A stretch of 64,000 bases of DNA from a virus (lineage: Duplodnaviria; Caudoviricetes), in IMG/VR virus record IMGVR_UViG_3300011717_000032, positions 14,336 to 78,335 of that record; one strand, written 5' to 3'. Made by a program: the position numbers and the translations under genes. Under the pieces are notes generated by a model. It was not told where the DNA came from. It did not search any database and saw only the letters and a list, made by a program, of their open reading frames with translations. Below are positions 9,924 to 20,470 of this stretch, piece by piece; positions within the stretch are counted from its first letter, which is position 1; every line of letters starts with the position of its first letter.

Positions 9924-9973
9924 TAAAAAATAAAACCGCTTCGGCGGTTTTTTTACGTCTGGAGTTAGAATAA

Positions 9974-12900
9974 ATGGCAACTTTACGTGAGTTAATAATC
10001 AAAATTTCCGCTAACTCGCAATCATTCCAGACGGAAATTTCCCGCGCCTCGCGCATGGGGCAGGACTATTACCGCACCATGCAAAATGGCGGTCGGCAGG
10101 CCGCAGCAGCATCGCGTGAAAGCGAAAGAGCATTATCCGATCTTACTGATGGTTTTGCATCGGCAGGAAGGGCTGCTGCCGCCGCTACGGCAGCTTTTGC
10201 GACTGGCAAACTTGTGCAGATTGCAGATGAGTGGAATTCTGTAAATTCGCGCCTTAAGCAGGCATCTTCTTCTGCTGATGATTTTGCAGTCTCTCAGCGC
10301 CAGTTAATGGAAATCAGCCAGCGAACCGGAACGGCATTTTCCGATAACGCAAACCTTTTTTCACGCGCAGCAGCTTCCATGCGCGAATACGGGTATAGCT
10401 CTGATGAAGTCCTGAAAATTACCGAGGCTGTTTCAACCGGCCTCAAACTTTCAGGAGCAAATACCCAGGAAGCAAGTTCTGTTATCACACAATTCAGCCA
10501 GGCGCTTGCACAGGGAGTTCTTCGCGGCGAAGAATTCAACGCCGTTAACGAAGCAGGTGATCGTGTCATCCGTGCACTTGCCGCCGGAATGGGCGTGGCC
10601 CGCAAAGACCTGAAGAGCATGGCTGACCAGGGGCAACTTACGATCGATAAGGTTGTTCCTGCATTAATGAGCCAGTTGGGCTCATTGCAGGGTGAGTTTG
10701 CCAGCATGCCGCAAACAGTCTCCGGATCCCTGCAAAAAGTCACCAACTCGTTCATGGCATGGGTTGGAGGTGTCAACCAGGCTACTGGTGCTACCGATGC
10801 GCTCTCTGGTGGCCTCGACGGAGTTGCCCGGACGCTTGATTCATTTACCTCATCGGCAGTAAGTGGTGCATTGAGTGATGTTGCCGACAATATGTCTACG
10901 ATAACAACAGTGGCGGGGGCGCTTGTTGGTGTCGGGCTAGCAAGATATCTGAGCGGCGTTGCAACCAGCGCCACGAGTGCAACAGGTGCGCTAATTTCTG
11001 CGGCTAAGTCAGAGGTTGCTCTTGCAGTTGCACAGGATAAGGCTGCACAGTCTGCCGTTGCAGCCTCAAGGGCAGAAGTTTATAGGGCTCAGCAAGCTGT
11101 ACAGAGATCGCGTGGCGCAGATGTTCAGGCTGCTCAGCAAGAGAAGATTGCTGCGGCAGAAGCAAAAGTCACTGCAGCCCAGGCCAGGCTGACGACCGCT
11201 TTAACCAGCGGTTCTGCCACAGAAAAAGTCAGAGCCAGAACAGCGCTTGAGCGTGCGCAGGCAGGGCTGGTGGCAGCTAAAAACGCCGATGCGCAGGCTA
11301 TCGCTGAAATGCGCTTAGCTGCAGCAGAGGCCGCCAGAGATCGGAACCTTGCTAATCGTGTTTCCACACAAAGCAATCTCAATAGCGTAACATCTGTTGG
11401 CACCCGCCTTATGAGCGGTGCGCTTGGGATTATTGGCGGCGTGCCGGGTTTGGTAATGCTTGGGGCTGGCGCCTGGTATGCAATGTATCAAAATCAGGAG
11501 CAGGCCAGGCGTTCCGCCCAGGAATATGCCAGTCAGATTGACGAAATTAGAGAAAAGACTTCCCGAATGTCTTTATCGGAAACAGACGACAACAGGGGAA
11601 GAACTGTAAGTGCGCTGGTTGAGCAAAATCGTCTGGTTGATGAGCAAGCTAAAAAGGTTGGTGAGCTAAAATATCAAATTGACGATTTGAATGCTTCTCG
11701 CGGCAAGCCCGGAATTACCAGCGAGAACGATGCAAACATTCTGAGAGCCATAGCTATTGTGACTGATCAGCTCGCCGTTGAGGAAGGGAAATTAAATGAT
11801 ATGCGGGAGAAATCTCGCAATATTCAGCAAACCCTTGAGGGCATTGAAAGGCAGCGAAACGATCTAATCAAGGAACATGCCTGGCGTCAGAATGCATTGT
11901 ACCAGTCGCAGTTGATGATGAATGGGCAACATGAAAAGTTTAATAACCTTCTCGGATTAGGCAATAAGCTTCTCATGGCCCGTCAGGGGCTGGCTAACGT
12001 TCCACTCAGACTTCCTCAGGCCGATCTCGACAAAAAGCAAACCGATGCCCTTGAAAAGAGCCGCCGGGATCTGGAGTTGTCACGACTTAAAGGTGAGGCC
12101 AAAGAACGTTTACGGCTGAGTTATGCAGCTGACGATCTGGGATTAACCAGTGACCCTCAATTCCAGACAGGCCGTCAGGAGTTGATTAATAACGGCCTTG
12201 CGGAATGGCGAAATAATGAGGCCAATAAACCTAAGGCGAAAGGGGGAAAAACCGAAGGTGAGAAAACAGAGGATGTGTATAAACGCCTCATCACCCAGCA
12301 GCAGGAGCAGATCGCGCTTTCCGGTCAAAACACCGAACTCGCCAAAACCAAATATCAGGTAACCCAGGGTGAACTGGGTATTCTTTCTGAAGCTCAGAAG
12401 ACAGAACTTCTTCGAAATTCTGCGGCGCTTGATCATCTTAACGCTGTAGAGCGGCTTAAATCCCTGAATAAGGAACTGCTGGAGCCAGAGGAGGCGCTGC
12501 TAAATACCACTCGTGAACGCATTAAACTGCTGCGAGAGGCTGCACCTGCGACTGAAGAATACCGCAAGACAATGGAGCGGATATCAAAAGCATCGGTTCA
12601 GGAAGCTCCGAAGTTCGGTGGTATTGATTCATCTGTCGGCGGTGCCAGCGGCGAACTTATTCGTGTGGCTGATGCGCAAAAAGAACTGGAAAAATGGCAT
12701 GAAACTCAGCTTGAGATGCAGAAAGAGTTGCTCGACCAGAAGGAGATTAATGAGCAAACCTACGCTGATCGTGTCGCTGAAATTAACAAGACTAATGCTT
12801 CGCAATTACAGGATATACAGGCTGGATACACATCTGCCAGCCTTTCCATGTTCTCAGACCTCGCTGGCCAGTCGGCGCAGCTGCTACAGGGAATCGGACA

Positions 12901-13429
12901 GGAGGGGAGCCTTGCCTATAAGACCCTTTTTATTGCCAGCAAGGCGGCGGCAATGGCGCAGGCCGTGATCAACACCGAACTGGCAGCGACCAAGGCTATG
13001 GCGGAAGGCGGCCTGATTATGGGGATCCCGGCGGCCACAGCAATCCGCGCCGTTGGTTACGCGTCAGTGGCTTTGATAGCCGGACAGTCGCTTGCCGGTA
13101 TGGCTCATGATGGCATTGACCGGGTACCGGAAACAGGGACCTGGTTGTTGCAGAAAGGAGAGCGTGTGGTAACAGCCAGCACCTCTGCCAAGCTCGATGC
13201 GACCCTGGAGAGGGTGCAGCAGGCCAGGCAGGCCTCGGCTGGTGGAACCGTTCATATCCAAAATTCATTCACCGGAAAACCCGATGACGCAACGCTGATG
13301 GCTATCGACCAGCGAAACCGCCAACTGGTGATATCGATCCGTAAGGAAATGGCGGCTCAGGTGGTAAAGCCAACTAATGAGTTTGGCAGGGCCTTAAATG
13401 GATTCTATGGCCGGACCAGGAAGGAGTGA
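9974..13429 (+). CDS. Tape measure protein
   Basis: 1151 aa, Ala-rich helical; QFSQALAQGVLRGEEFNAV; C-terminal GMAHDGI. Confidence 0.95.
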   Translation: MATLRELIIKISANSQSFQTEISRASRMGQDYYRTMQNGGRQAAAASRESERALSDLTDGFASAGRAAAAATAAFATGKLVQIADEWNSVNSRLKQASSSADDFAVSQRQLMEISQRTGTAFSDNANLFSRAAASMREYGYSSDEVLKITEAVSTGLKLSGANTQEASSVITQFSQALAQGVLRGEEFNAVNEAGDRVIRALAAGMGVARKDLKSMADQGQLTIDKVVPALMSQLGSLQGEFASMPQTVSGSLQKVTNSFMAWVGGVNQATGATDALSGGLDGVARTLDSFTSSAVSGALSDVADNMSTITTVAGALVGVGLARYLSGVATSATSATGALISAAKSEVALAVAQDKAAQSAVAASRAEVYRAQQAVQRSRGADVQAAQQEKIAAAEAKVTAAQARLTTALTSGSATEKVRARTALERAQAGLVAAKNADAQAIAEMRLAAAEAARDRNLANRVSTQSNLNSVTSVGTRLMSGALGIIGGVPGLVMLGAGAWYAMYQNQEQARRSAQEYASQIDEIREKTSRMSLSETDDNRGRTVSALVEQNRLVDEQAKKVGELKYQIDDLNASRGKPGITSENDANILRAIAIVTDQLAVEEGKLNDMREKSRNIQQTLEGIERQRNDLIKEHAWRQNALYQSQLMMNGQHEKFNNLLGLGNKLLMARQGLANVPLRLPQADLDKKQTDALEKSRRDLELSRLKGEAKERLRLSYAADDLGLTSDPQFQTGRQELINNGLAEWRNNEANKPKAKGGKTEGEKTEDVYKRLITQQQEQIALSGQNTELAKTKYQVTQGELGILSEAQKTELLRNSAALDHLNAVERLKSLNKELLEPEEALLNTTRERIKLLREAAPATEEYRKTMERISKASVQEAPKFGGIDSSVGGASGELIRVADAQKELEKWHETQLEMQKELLDQKEINEQTYADRVAEINKTNASQLQDIQAGYTSASLSMFSDLAGQSAQLLQGIGQEGSLAYKTLFIASKAAAMAQAVINTELAATKAMAEGGLIMGIPAATAIRAVGYASVALIAGQSLAGMAHDGIDRVPETGTWLLQKGERVVTASTSAKLDATLERVQQARQASAGGTVHIQNSFTGKPDDATLMAIDQRNRQLVISIRKEMAAQVVKPTNEFGRALNGFYGRTRKE

Positions 13430-13433
13430 TCAC

Positions 13434-13901
13434 GTGCCCGACATTTTTTATCCACACGATTACCTGCCGATGCCATTGCAGGATGGTTATGGTTTCAAGC
13501 CTGTAAGCCCGCGGCAGCGCACCGAAACGACATCCGGCCGGGCCCGACAGCGCCGAAAGTATACATCAACACCAACTATCGCCACCGTTAACTGGATTTT
13601 TACAAAGCATAATCAGGCCCAGCTTTTTGAGGCATGGTTCCGCGATGCACTTACGGATGGTGCCGCATGGTTTTTGATGAAGCTGCAAACACCGCTGGGC
13701 TGCCAGCAAGCCTATAAATGCCGGTTCACCGACATTTATGAGGGACCGACGCTGGTTTCACCAAAATACTGGCGTTACAGCGCGCAACTGGAGTTATGGG
13801 AGCGTCCGTTGCTACCACCGGGGTGGGGCAATTTCCCGGAACTGGTGGCCGGCAGCGATATTATCGATCTGGCACTGAACAGGGAGTGGCCTGAAGCATG
13901 A
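13434..13901 (+). CDS. Distal tail protein (lambda gpM-like position)
   Basis: GTG at 13434 after AAGGAG; paralog at 55068. Confidence 0.8.
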   Translation: MPDIFYPHDYLPMPLQDGYGFKPVSPRQRTETTSGRARQRRKYTSTPTIATVNWIFTKHNQAQLFEAWFRDALTDGAAWFLMKLQTPLGCQQAYKCRFTDIYEGPTLVSPKYWRYSAQLELWERPLLPPGWGNFPELVAGSDIIDLALNREWPEA

Positions 13902-14386
13902 CCAGTCCAGTTCTGAACAGGCTTTATGCCAGCGGCGGTGATGAAGTTATTATCGACACGCTGCAGATCACCGTTGGCGGCCAGAACTACTGGCTTACCC
14001 GCGGCTGGGATGACATTACCGTCACGCTGGAGAATGGCGCTCAGGCAACATTCATTGGCTCCGCCGTTGATGTGGCGTTGCCGGCGCGAAATTCTGACGG
14101 CACCCAGGATCTGAAATTCGCCATCAGCAATATCGACGGCGTGGTTTCAACAGCGATCCGCAACGCGCTGGATAACCTCAGCGATGCTACCATGACTTTC
14201 CGCCGGTATGTCTCGACCGACCTTTCCGCACCCGCAACGCCGCCATTTACACTGGCAATTAAAGAGGGGTACTGGACGGCGACGGAGGTGCAGATCACCG
14301 CTGGCTACATGAATATTCTCGATACCGCATGGCCGCGCTACCGTTACACGCTGCCTGACTTCCCGGGCCTTCGTTATCTCCAGTAG
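13898..14386 (+). CDS. Tail tip protein (DUF1833-like)
   Basis: LNRLYASGG N-terminus, FPGLRY C-terminus; paralog at 55535. Confidence 0.8.
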   Translation: MTSPVLNRLYASGGDEVIIDTLQITVGGQNYWLTRGWDDITVTLENGAQATFIGSAVDVALPARNSDGTQDLKFAISNIDGVVSTAIRNALDNLSDATMTFRRYVSTDLSAPATPPFTLAIKEGYWTATEVQITAGYMNILDTAWPRYRYTLPDFPGLRYLQ

Positions 14387-14395
14387 GAAATTACC

Positions 14396-14776
14396 ATGTT
14401 CAATCCTGATAAATACCGTTCAGTTAACTGGCTGAAGGGCGGTCGCACTTACCCTGATCTTGACTGTTTTGGCATCGTAAATGAAATCAGGCGCGATCTT
14501 GGCCTGACACCGTGGCCTGACTTTGCGGGGGTCACGAAGGATGATAACGGCCTCGATCGGGAGGCGCGCGGGCTGATGGCTGACCTGCAGCGTTGCGACC
14601 CCGCACCGGGCGCGGGCATTGCCTGTTATTCGGGATCTGTAGTGACGCACGTTGCCATCGTCGTGGAGATTGACGGCGTGCTGCATGCCGCCGAGTGTAA
14701 TCCCCGCACTAACGTAACCTTTCTGCCGCTGGCGCGTTTTGCGCGCCGCTTTGTTCGCGTGGAGTATTACCAGTGA
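14396..14776 (+). CDS. NlpC/P60-like tail assembly protein (gpK-like)
   Basis: LDCFGIV and HVAIV motifs. Confidence 0.8.
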   Translation: MFNPDKYRSVNWLKGGRTYPDLDCFGIVNEIRRDLGLTPWPDFAGVTKDDNGLDREARGLMADLQRCDPAPGAGIACYSGSVVTHVAIVVEIDGVLHAAECNPRTNVTFLPLARFARRFVRVEYYQ

Positions 14777-17700
14777 CGATTCGCATCTACCCCTCCCGGT
14801 TGCCCGGCGAGCCGCTGGAAACGCACCATCATGAAACGATGACCCTCAACGCCTGGTTCACCCAAAACGTGCAGGGCTGGACGCCGGAACAACGGCACCC
14901 GGTCGCGGTTGAAATCGCCGGCGTTCCGGTGCCCCCGTCAGAATGGGCGCTGTGCGTCATTCACCCTAACAGCGACGTCAGGCTGTATCCGGTGCCCTAC
15001 GGTACCGGCGCGGAGATCGCTCTGTGGGTGGCTGTCAGCGTGGCCGTCGCCTCGGCGGCGTACTCAATCTACATGATGAGTACCATGCAGACCGGCGGCA
15101 GCGGTGCCCAGGCTGCGAGCGGTGATCAGATTGACCTCAACCCGGCCAAAGCGAACGCAGCGAAACTGGGTGACCCCATCCGTGAAATCTTCGGGAAATA
15201 CCGGGTGTGGCCTGATTACGTGATGCAGCCGGTGAGCCGTTTCATCAACGAGACCAGCATGGAAACCAGCATGTTCCTGTGCGTGGGCGTCGGCGACATG
15301 GTGATTAATCAGTCTGACATCAAGATAGGCAATACGCCGATTTCGGCGTTCGGTACCGACGTGCGTTACACCCTCTATCCGCCTGGCGCCACGGTATCCG
15401 GCGACGCGCGCACCGAAAACTGGTTCAACTCACCAGAAGTGGGGAATACGGGGTCCGGTACCGCTGGTCTGGATCTGGGTTCAAGTGGCCCGGAAACAGT
15501 GAGTATCATCGCGGATGCGCTGGTCGTTTCCGGCAACACCATCACCCTGGTTGACGTATCGGCATCCGGCGGGGATGAGGAAATCCCACCGTCGTGGATG
15601 GTCGGAACGGTGATCACCGTGCTGGCTCCCAACTCTTATACGGTCGTGTCGTCCGGCGGTTACAGCGTGATTTATGGCGGGATAGAGGAGCTGGCCCCGG
15701 CTGTCGACCTGCCGGTGACGCTGAACTATAACGGCAACGACTATGACCTGGTGATCGCCAGCTATGCCCCCGGCGTTCCGGCGGTACCGGGAGTAGGGGG
15801 CAGTGCCGCGACCTTAACCGCCAGCGCAGCGCCGACTACTTACGATTTCAGCACCGCGCCGGTGACGTTCAGCATTAGCTGGCAGGGCACGACATATCCT
15901 GTTTCGCTGGTTACCAACTACGTCACCATGTCTGGTCTGGTTTCGTCGATCACCTCGCAGCTCTCAGGCTCCGGCCTGGTCGCGCGCGATAACAGTGGGC
16001 GTCTCGAAATCGGTGAAGCCAGCAGCCCGTTCGCAGGCGGATCCATCACGAACAGCCCGTTACCCGCGTCTGCGTTTGGGGATGCCCCGGTTAATACGAC
16101 AGGCGTGAAGTCAGCTGGCGGCACGGCGGAAGTCAGGGCGCACATCACTCTGGCCTACAACAGCGCCGCTGGCACGCCGTTCACCGGACTGCCGGAGGGC
16201 ATTCAGCGTTTCTCTCTGGGCCTGGCCGGAAATCAGTTCCGCATAACGGCTATCGACAGCCAGACGGTCACGATTGAGCGTATAACGGTCACCACAGGCC
16301 CGGCAGGTGAGACGATCACTACGCCTGACCCATCCTGGCCTGGATTCACCGAGCGCACTCTTCTTGATGCCACCGTGACGGGTGTCAGTGACGACTATGA
16401 GTGGGTAGGACCTTTCCTGGCCTGCCCGGATGGCGAAACGCTGGACGCATTCGAGGTGAATATCAACTTCCAGAGCGGTTTGGTTCGTTACACCGACCAG
16501 GGAAACAAACGCTCAATGCCGGTACGCCTAGTTATCCAGTATCGCAAGGTTGGCACCACCACCTGGTCGCAGCAGTCCCCGTTCTATTCGCGCAGCACCG
16601 AAAACCAGATCGGGTTTACGCACCGCTACAACGTGTCGCCGGGGCAGTATGAGATCCGCATGCGCCGCACCGAACCGGTTAAGGGTGGCAGCACGCGTGA
16701 TCAGGTGTTCTGGCAGGCGCTGCGCTCACGGCTGAGTAAGCGCCCCACGAAGTACGACGGCGTCACCACCATGGCGCTGACTGTGCGCACAGGTAACCGC
16801 CTGGCGGCCATGTCCGATCGCCGGATAAGCGTCACGCCAACACGGATTTACAGCGGCGGCAGAGCGGCACGGAGCATCAGCGGCGCGCTGTACCACGTCC
16901 TGGAGTCGCTGGGGTTCACGGCCAGCCAGATTGACACGGCGGCGATTAACGCGCTGGAGCAAACTTACTGGACCCCCCGCGGCGAAAAGTTCGACTGGGC
17001 CAGCGGTGAGAGTAAGTCAGCGCTCGAGGTGCTGCAGAAAATCACCAACGCCGGGATGGGATACTTCCTGTTGTCTGACGGCCTGGCCTCTGCCGGCAGG
17101 GAAGGGATTAAATCCTGGGTAGGCATGATCACCCCGCAGGAAACCACCGAGGAACTGCAGACAGCGTTTAAAGCCCCGTCGCAGGACGATTACGACGGCG
17201 TGGACGTGACCTACATCAATGGCACCACCTGGGCAGAGGAAACCGTGCAGTGCCGCCAGCCTGGCAACCCTACGCCGGTGAAAATCGAGAGCTACACGCT
17301 GGACGGCGTTCTGGATGAGGACCGTGCTTATCGCATCGGCATGCGCCGGTTGCTGGGCTACCAGCTTCAGCGCCTGCAGCACACCACCTCAACCGAGATG
17401 GATGCGCTCTGCTACGAGTTCATGGATCGTATTGTTATGGCAGACGATATCCCAGGCGGTCAGCAGCTGAGCTGCCTGATTACGGATATGACGTATGACA
17501 GCAGCAAAATTACCCTGACGCTCAGCGAGCCGCCGGACTGGTCGTTTGAAAACCCGCGCGTGATTATCCGCCATCAGGACGGACGGGCATCGGCAATGGT
17601 GGTGCCGACACGTATTGACGATTACACGCTCTCGGTGCCGTACAGCGCAGCGCTGGAGCCGGAACTGTGGGCGATGAACGACGCGTACATCGAGCCGCCG

Positions 17701-17856
17701 CGGCTGCTGTTCTGTTCGTCTGTCCGTGTCCCGTATGACGCACTGGTTGGGGAAATTACGCCGGGTAACGACGGGATCAGCCAGGTCACCGCCATTCAGT
17801 ACCACCCGGGCAAGTATGCCTATGACGACGCCACTTACCCCGGCGATGTCGCTTAA
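14773..17856 (+). CDS. Tail tip/central fibre hub protein (gpJ-like)
   Basis: 1027 aa; near-identical paralog at 56410; position before tail spike. Confidence 0.85.
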   Translation: MTIRIYPSRLPGEPLETHHHETMTLNAWFTQNVQGWTPEQRHPVAVEIAGVPVPPSEWALCVIHPNSDVRLYPVPYGTGAEIALWVAVSVAVASAAYSIYMMSTMQTGGSGAQAASGDQIDLNPAKANAAKLGDPIREIFGKYRVWPDYVMQPVSRFINETSMETSMFLCVGVGDMVINQSDIKIGNTPISAFGTDVRYTLYPPGATVSGDARTENWFNSPEVGNTGSGTAGLDLGSSGPETVSIIADALVVSGNTITLVDVSASGGDEEIPPSWMVGTVITVLAPNSYTVVSSGGYSVIYGGIEELAPAVDLPVTLNYNGNDYDLVIASYAPGVPAVPGVGGSAATLTASAAPTTYDFSTAPVTFSISWQGTTYPVSLVTNYVTMSGLVSSITSQLSGSGLVARDNSGRLEIGEASSPFAGGSITNSPLPASAFGDAPVNTTGVKSAGGTAEVRAHITLAYNSAAGTPFTGLPEGIQRFSLGLAGNQFRITAIDSQTVTIERITVTTGPAGETITTPDPSWPGFTERTLLDATVTGVSDDYEWVGPFLACPDGETLDAFEVNINFQSGLVRYTDQGNKRSMPVRLVIQYRKVGTTTWSQQSPFYSRSTENQIGFTHRYNVSPGQYEIRMRRTEPVKGGSTRDQVFWQALRSRLSKRPTKYDGVTTMALTVRTGNRLAAMSDRRISVTPTRIYSGGRAARSISGALYHVLESLGFTASQIDTAAINALEQTYWTPRGEKFDWASGESKSALEVLQKITNAGMGYFLLSDGLASAGREGIKSWVGMITPQETTEELQTAFKAPSQDDYDGVDVTYINGTTWAEETVQCRQPGNPTPVKIESYTLDGVLDEDRAYRIGMRRLLGYQLQRLQHTTSTEMDALCYEFMDRIVMADDIPGGQQLSCLITDMTYDSSKITLTLSEPPDWSFENPRVIIRHQDGRASAMVVPTRIDDYTLSVPYSAALEPELWAMNDAYIEPPRLLFCSSVRVPYDALVGEITPGNDGISQVTAIQYHPGKYAYDDATYPGDVA

Positions 17857-17913
17857 CAGCACTTCAATATTTTCTGACCCGCTACGGCGGGTTTTTTTAT
17901 GCCTGGAGCGAGC

Positions 17914-20397
17914 ATGACTACCTATTTCACGAAAGAACCGCTGGGATCGACGAGTCCATATGTTTTATACGATAACTCACAGAACTTTGACTACGCGCTG
18001 AATGATATTACCCAGGCCATCTGGAAAGACCGCTTTGGCAGAGATCGTCGCAGCTGGTATGGCATCGAGAAGCTGGCAGAAAACGCGATAACCTCATTAG
18101 GTTATATCACGCTTGATTCTTTCCAGGCAGGAGCCACGTTAACGCGTCCGAATCAGGTGCTGCGAAATCTGCCAACCATGGAGTACTTCCGCTGGGATGG
18201 TGCATTTCCTGTTGGAGGCAAAGTTGTGCCTCCGGGATCCACGCCGACACCTCAGGGGCCAGGGGGATGGGTCAGCGTTGGTGATGGTGCGCTGCGGAAT
18301 AACTTAGCAAGTCCAGGCGGGGCTGCTCTGGTGGGTGTGGGGCCTGGCAAAACACAGGCTCAACTCAACGCAGAGTTGTCCAGCCAGATTGCACAGGCTT
18401 CCGGCAATGGTGTGGTAACTGATTTCGGTTACTGGGGATTATCCGCTAACAATACTACGCCCGCGGCGGGAGAGTTCTCGTGCCCTACAGGATACCTGGC
18501 AACATCGACTTCCATAACTTTCCATCAGACGGATAAAAATGGCCGCGATCTGGATGGCATCATTGCGCTGCTGCAGCCCGGAAGTGTTCTTCTGGCCTAT
18601 GGGAAAATAAACAGCGCAAAGCGCACTGTAATGAAGGTGGTATCGGTCACCACAACATCGACCAGCGTGACAGTAACTTACTCCATTAATTCTCACGCAG
18701 GCGCCAACGTATCTGTTGGAGAGGAATACAAATTCATCTTTGCGATCCCTTCCTCGGCGGTTGGCTATGTCCCGCAGGCGCCAGCCACCGGTGGTCCCTA
18801 TGCGCAGAACGGTGGGTTGTGGGAGAAAATTAAGAGCTATGAACTCGGCCGCGCGATGTTCACCGTAACCGGGTCATCATTCTCCTATAAAAAGAACCCG
18901 GATAACTCACTGCTCGTGTCCTGGTCACAATTGCGGCTTTATAGCGGACTTCCCGGGGTAACGGGCGTCCAGGATGCGACGAACTTATCTGTTCCTGTGG
19001 GGCAGGCTCTGTATATCGACCTGGACAGCGCCCTTCCTTACGCCGTTCAGTCAGCGGCGATTGATTCTGTCGTGGTCAATGCGGTGTATGGCCGTATTAT
19101 TATTCTCGTGGGTAATTACCAGGCTGGTTTCGCCTTTGGTGTGCTGGCTCAGCGGCTTCTCACGGCCAGCAATAATAAAAATACCCGGCGCATTGTGTCA
19201 GGGACTATCACCTCCTCTACATTGTCCGGCGCAAACTACACAATCACTACCGGTATTGGCCGTTCGTTTATAGAGCAAAACAACGGCTCTCATGAGTATG
19301 AGATTGCCCCCGTGACTGACGTGGAGGTTGCGCCAGGGCAGGGTCTTGTTGTTGACTTCACCAATGGCAGCAAGAACAGCAGCAATCAGTACATCCCTGT
19401 GGTTGAGGCCATCGCATCCAACTCGACAGCGGGGTGGATGTCTGCGGATAAATACATCCTGTTTGGCACGACCGGAAAGAGTGGAGCCACCTTCGGTGCT
19501 TACCGGTTCGCATCCGCTGGCGGGGCGGTTGCAGATGATACCAAAATCGTCATTCAGCGTTCCTCGCCAACCTTCATGAACATCATCATGAAAACAACGC
19601 AGAACGGCTCAGATAAATACATCCGCTACCATATGGATCGCCGTGAAAATTCTGATACCCGCTCAGATGTCTGGCGTATCAATACGGTCCACGAAGTTAT
19701 CAGGGTTTTTGGCGAGTTTGGTTTCGCAACCGGCACTGAAATCTGCTCTTCGGGTGAGTTTGAGTGCGCCATCATGGAGACAGGGAAAACCGACTACATG
19801 GGTGGCTGGCGGCATGGTGATGACCAGGCTGTACTCGTCACCATGTTTGCTGACGGCAAGGTTCTCGACCCCGCTTATGTTGGTAATTTTAAATGCAGCC
19901 GGTTTGAGGTTATTCAGAAGTCTGAACTGCTTGAAGTCGATAATCCGGTCAGAAATGTTCGCGCTACGGCTTACCGGCGCTGGGTGTTTGAAGACGGCAA
20001 GATGGAACTGTTCAGCCATGTTGTTTTCGCTGCGGCGATCAACCTGAAGATCGCTTTCTTTAACATGTTCCCGATTCACCGCCTTGCCCCGGACAATACC
20101 ACGCTCGTGACGGGCACAGCATATCGTAGCCCGTTGTATGAACCTGAGGATGTAAGCACGGTTGGCTTCCCAATCACCTATACCAAATCCAACATCATTA
20201 AATACAGCGGACCGAACGGCTGGGGGGCTGAGGTTGAGGTGGTTGATGGATGGGATAAGCCAAACAGGAATACATGGATCCAGAACGCCGAAGAATACAA
20301 TAAGGGATACTTCGACTACACGGGTGACAATTACCCGGTTGTAGCAGGGGATACTTTGACTGGTCGGGCGGTGTACCGAATTTTCGACACCAATTAA
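17914..20397 (+). CDS. Tail spike / receptor-binding protein 1
   Basis: N-terminal anchor (LYDNSQNFD, YFRWDGAFP, KVVPPGSTP) shared with 59551; unrelated beta-rich C-terminus. Confidence 0.85.
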   Translation: MTTYFTKEPLGSTSPYVLYDNSQNFDYALNDITQAIWKDRFGRDRRSWYGIEKLAENAITSLGYITLDSFQAGATLTRPNQVLRNLPTMEYFRWDGAFPVGGKVVPPGSTPTPQGPGGWVSVGDGALRNNLASPGGAALVGVGPGKTQAQLNAELSSQIAQASGNGVVTDFGYWGLSANNTTPAAGEFSCPTGYLATSTSITFHQTDKNGRDLDGIIALLQPGSVLLAYGKINSAKRTVMKVVSVTTTSTSVTVTYSINSHAGANVSVGEEYKFIFAIPSSAVGYVPQAPATGGPYAQNGGLWEKIKSYELGRAMFTVTGSSFSYKKNPDNSLLVSWSQLRLYSGLPGVTGVQDATNLSVPVGQALYIDLDSALPYAVQSAAIDSVVVNAVYGRIIILVGNYQAGFAFGVLAQRLLTASNNKNTRRIVSGTITSSTLSGANYTITTGIGRSFIEQNNGSHEYEIAPVTDVEVAPGQGLVVDFTNGSKNSSNQYIPVVEAIASNSTAGWMSADKYILFGTTGKSGATFGAYRFASAGGAVADDTKIVIQRSSPTFMNIIMKTTQNGSDKYIRYHMDRRENSDTRSDVWRINTVHEVIRVFGEFGFATGTEICSSGEFECAIMETGKTDYMGGWRHGDDQAVLVTMFADGKVLDPAYVGNFKCSRFEVIQKSELLEVDNPVRNVRATAYRRWVFEDGKMELFSHVVFAAAINLKIAFFNMFPIHRLAPDNTTLVTGTAYRSPLYEPEDVSTVGFPITYTKSNIIKYSGPNGWGAEVEVVDGWDKPNRNTWIQNAEEYNKGYFDYTGDNYPVVAGDTLTGRAVYRIFDTN

Positions 20398-20446
20398 AAA
20401 AACTAAGGATTAATAATTTTGCTGATGATATCTTAACAAAAAGTAA

Positions 20447-20470
20447 AGGCGGGATTCCCCGCCTTTCTTG
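20447..20470. terminator. Bidirectional hairpin between convergent tail spike and glycosyltransferase
   Basis: AAAGGCGGG-ATTC-CCCGCCTTT. Confidence 0.7.

Noticed and set aside
17914-20397. Invertible tail-fibre or diversity-generating retroelement cassette
   Set aside because: No invertase, reverse transcriptase, inverted crossover sites or template/variable repeat pair seen near either spike
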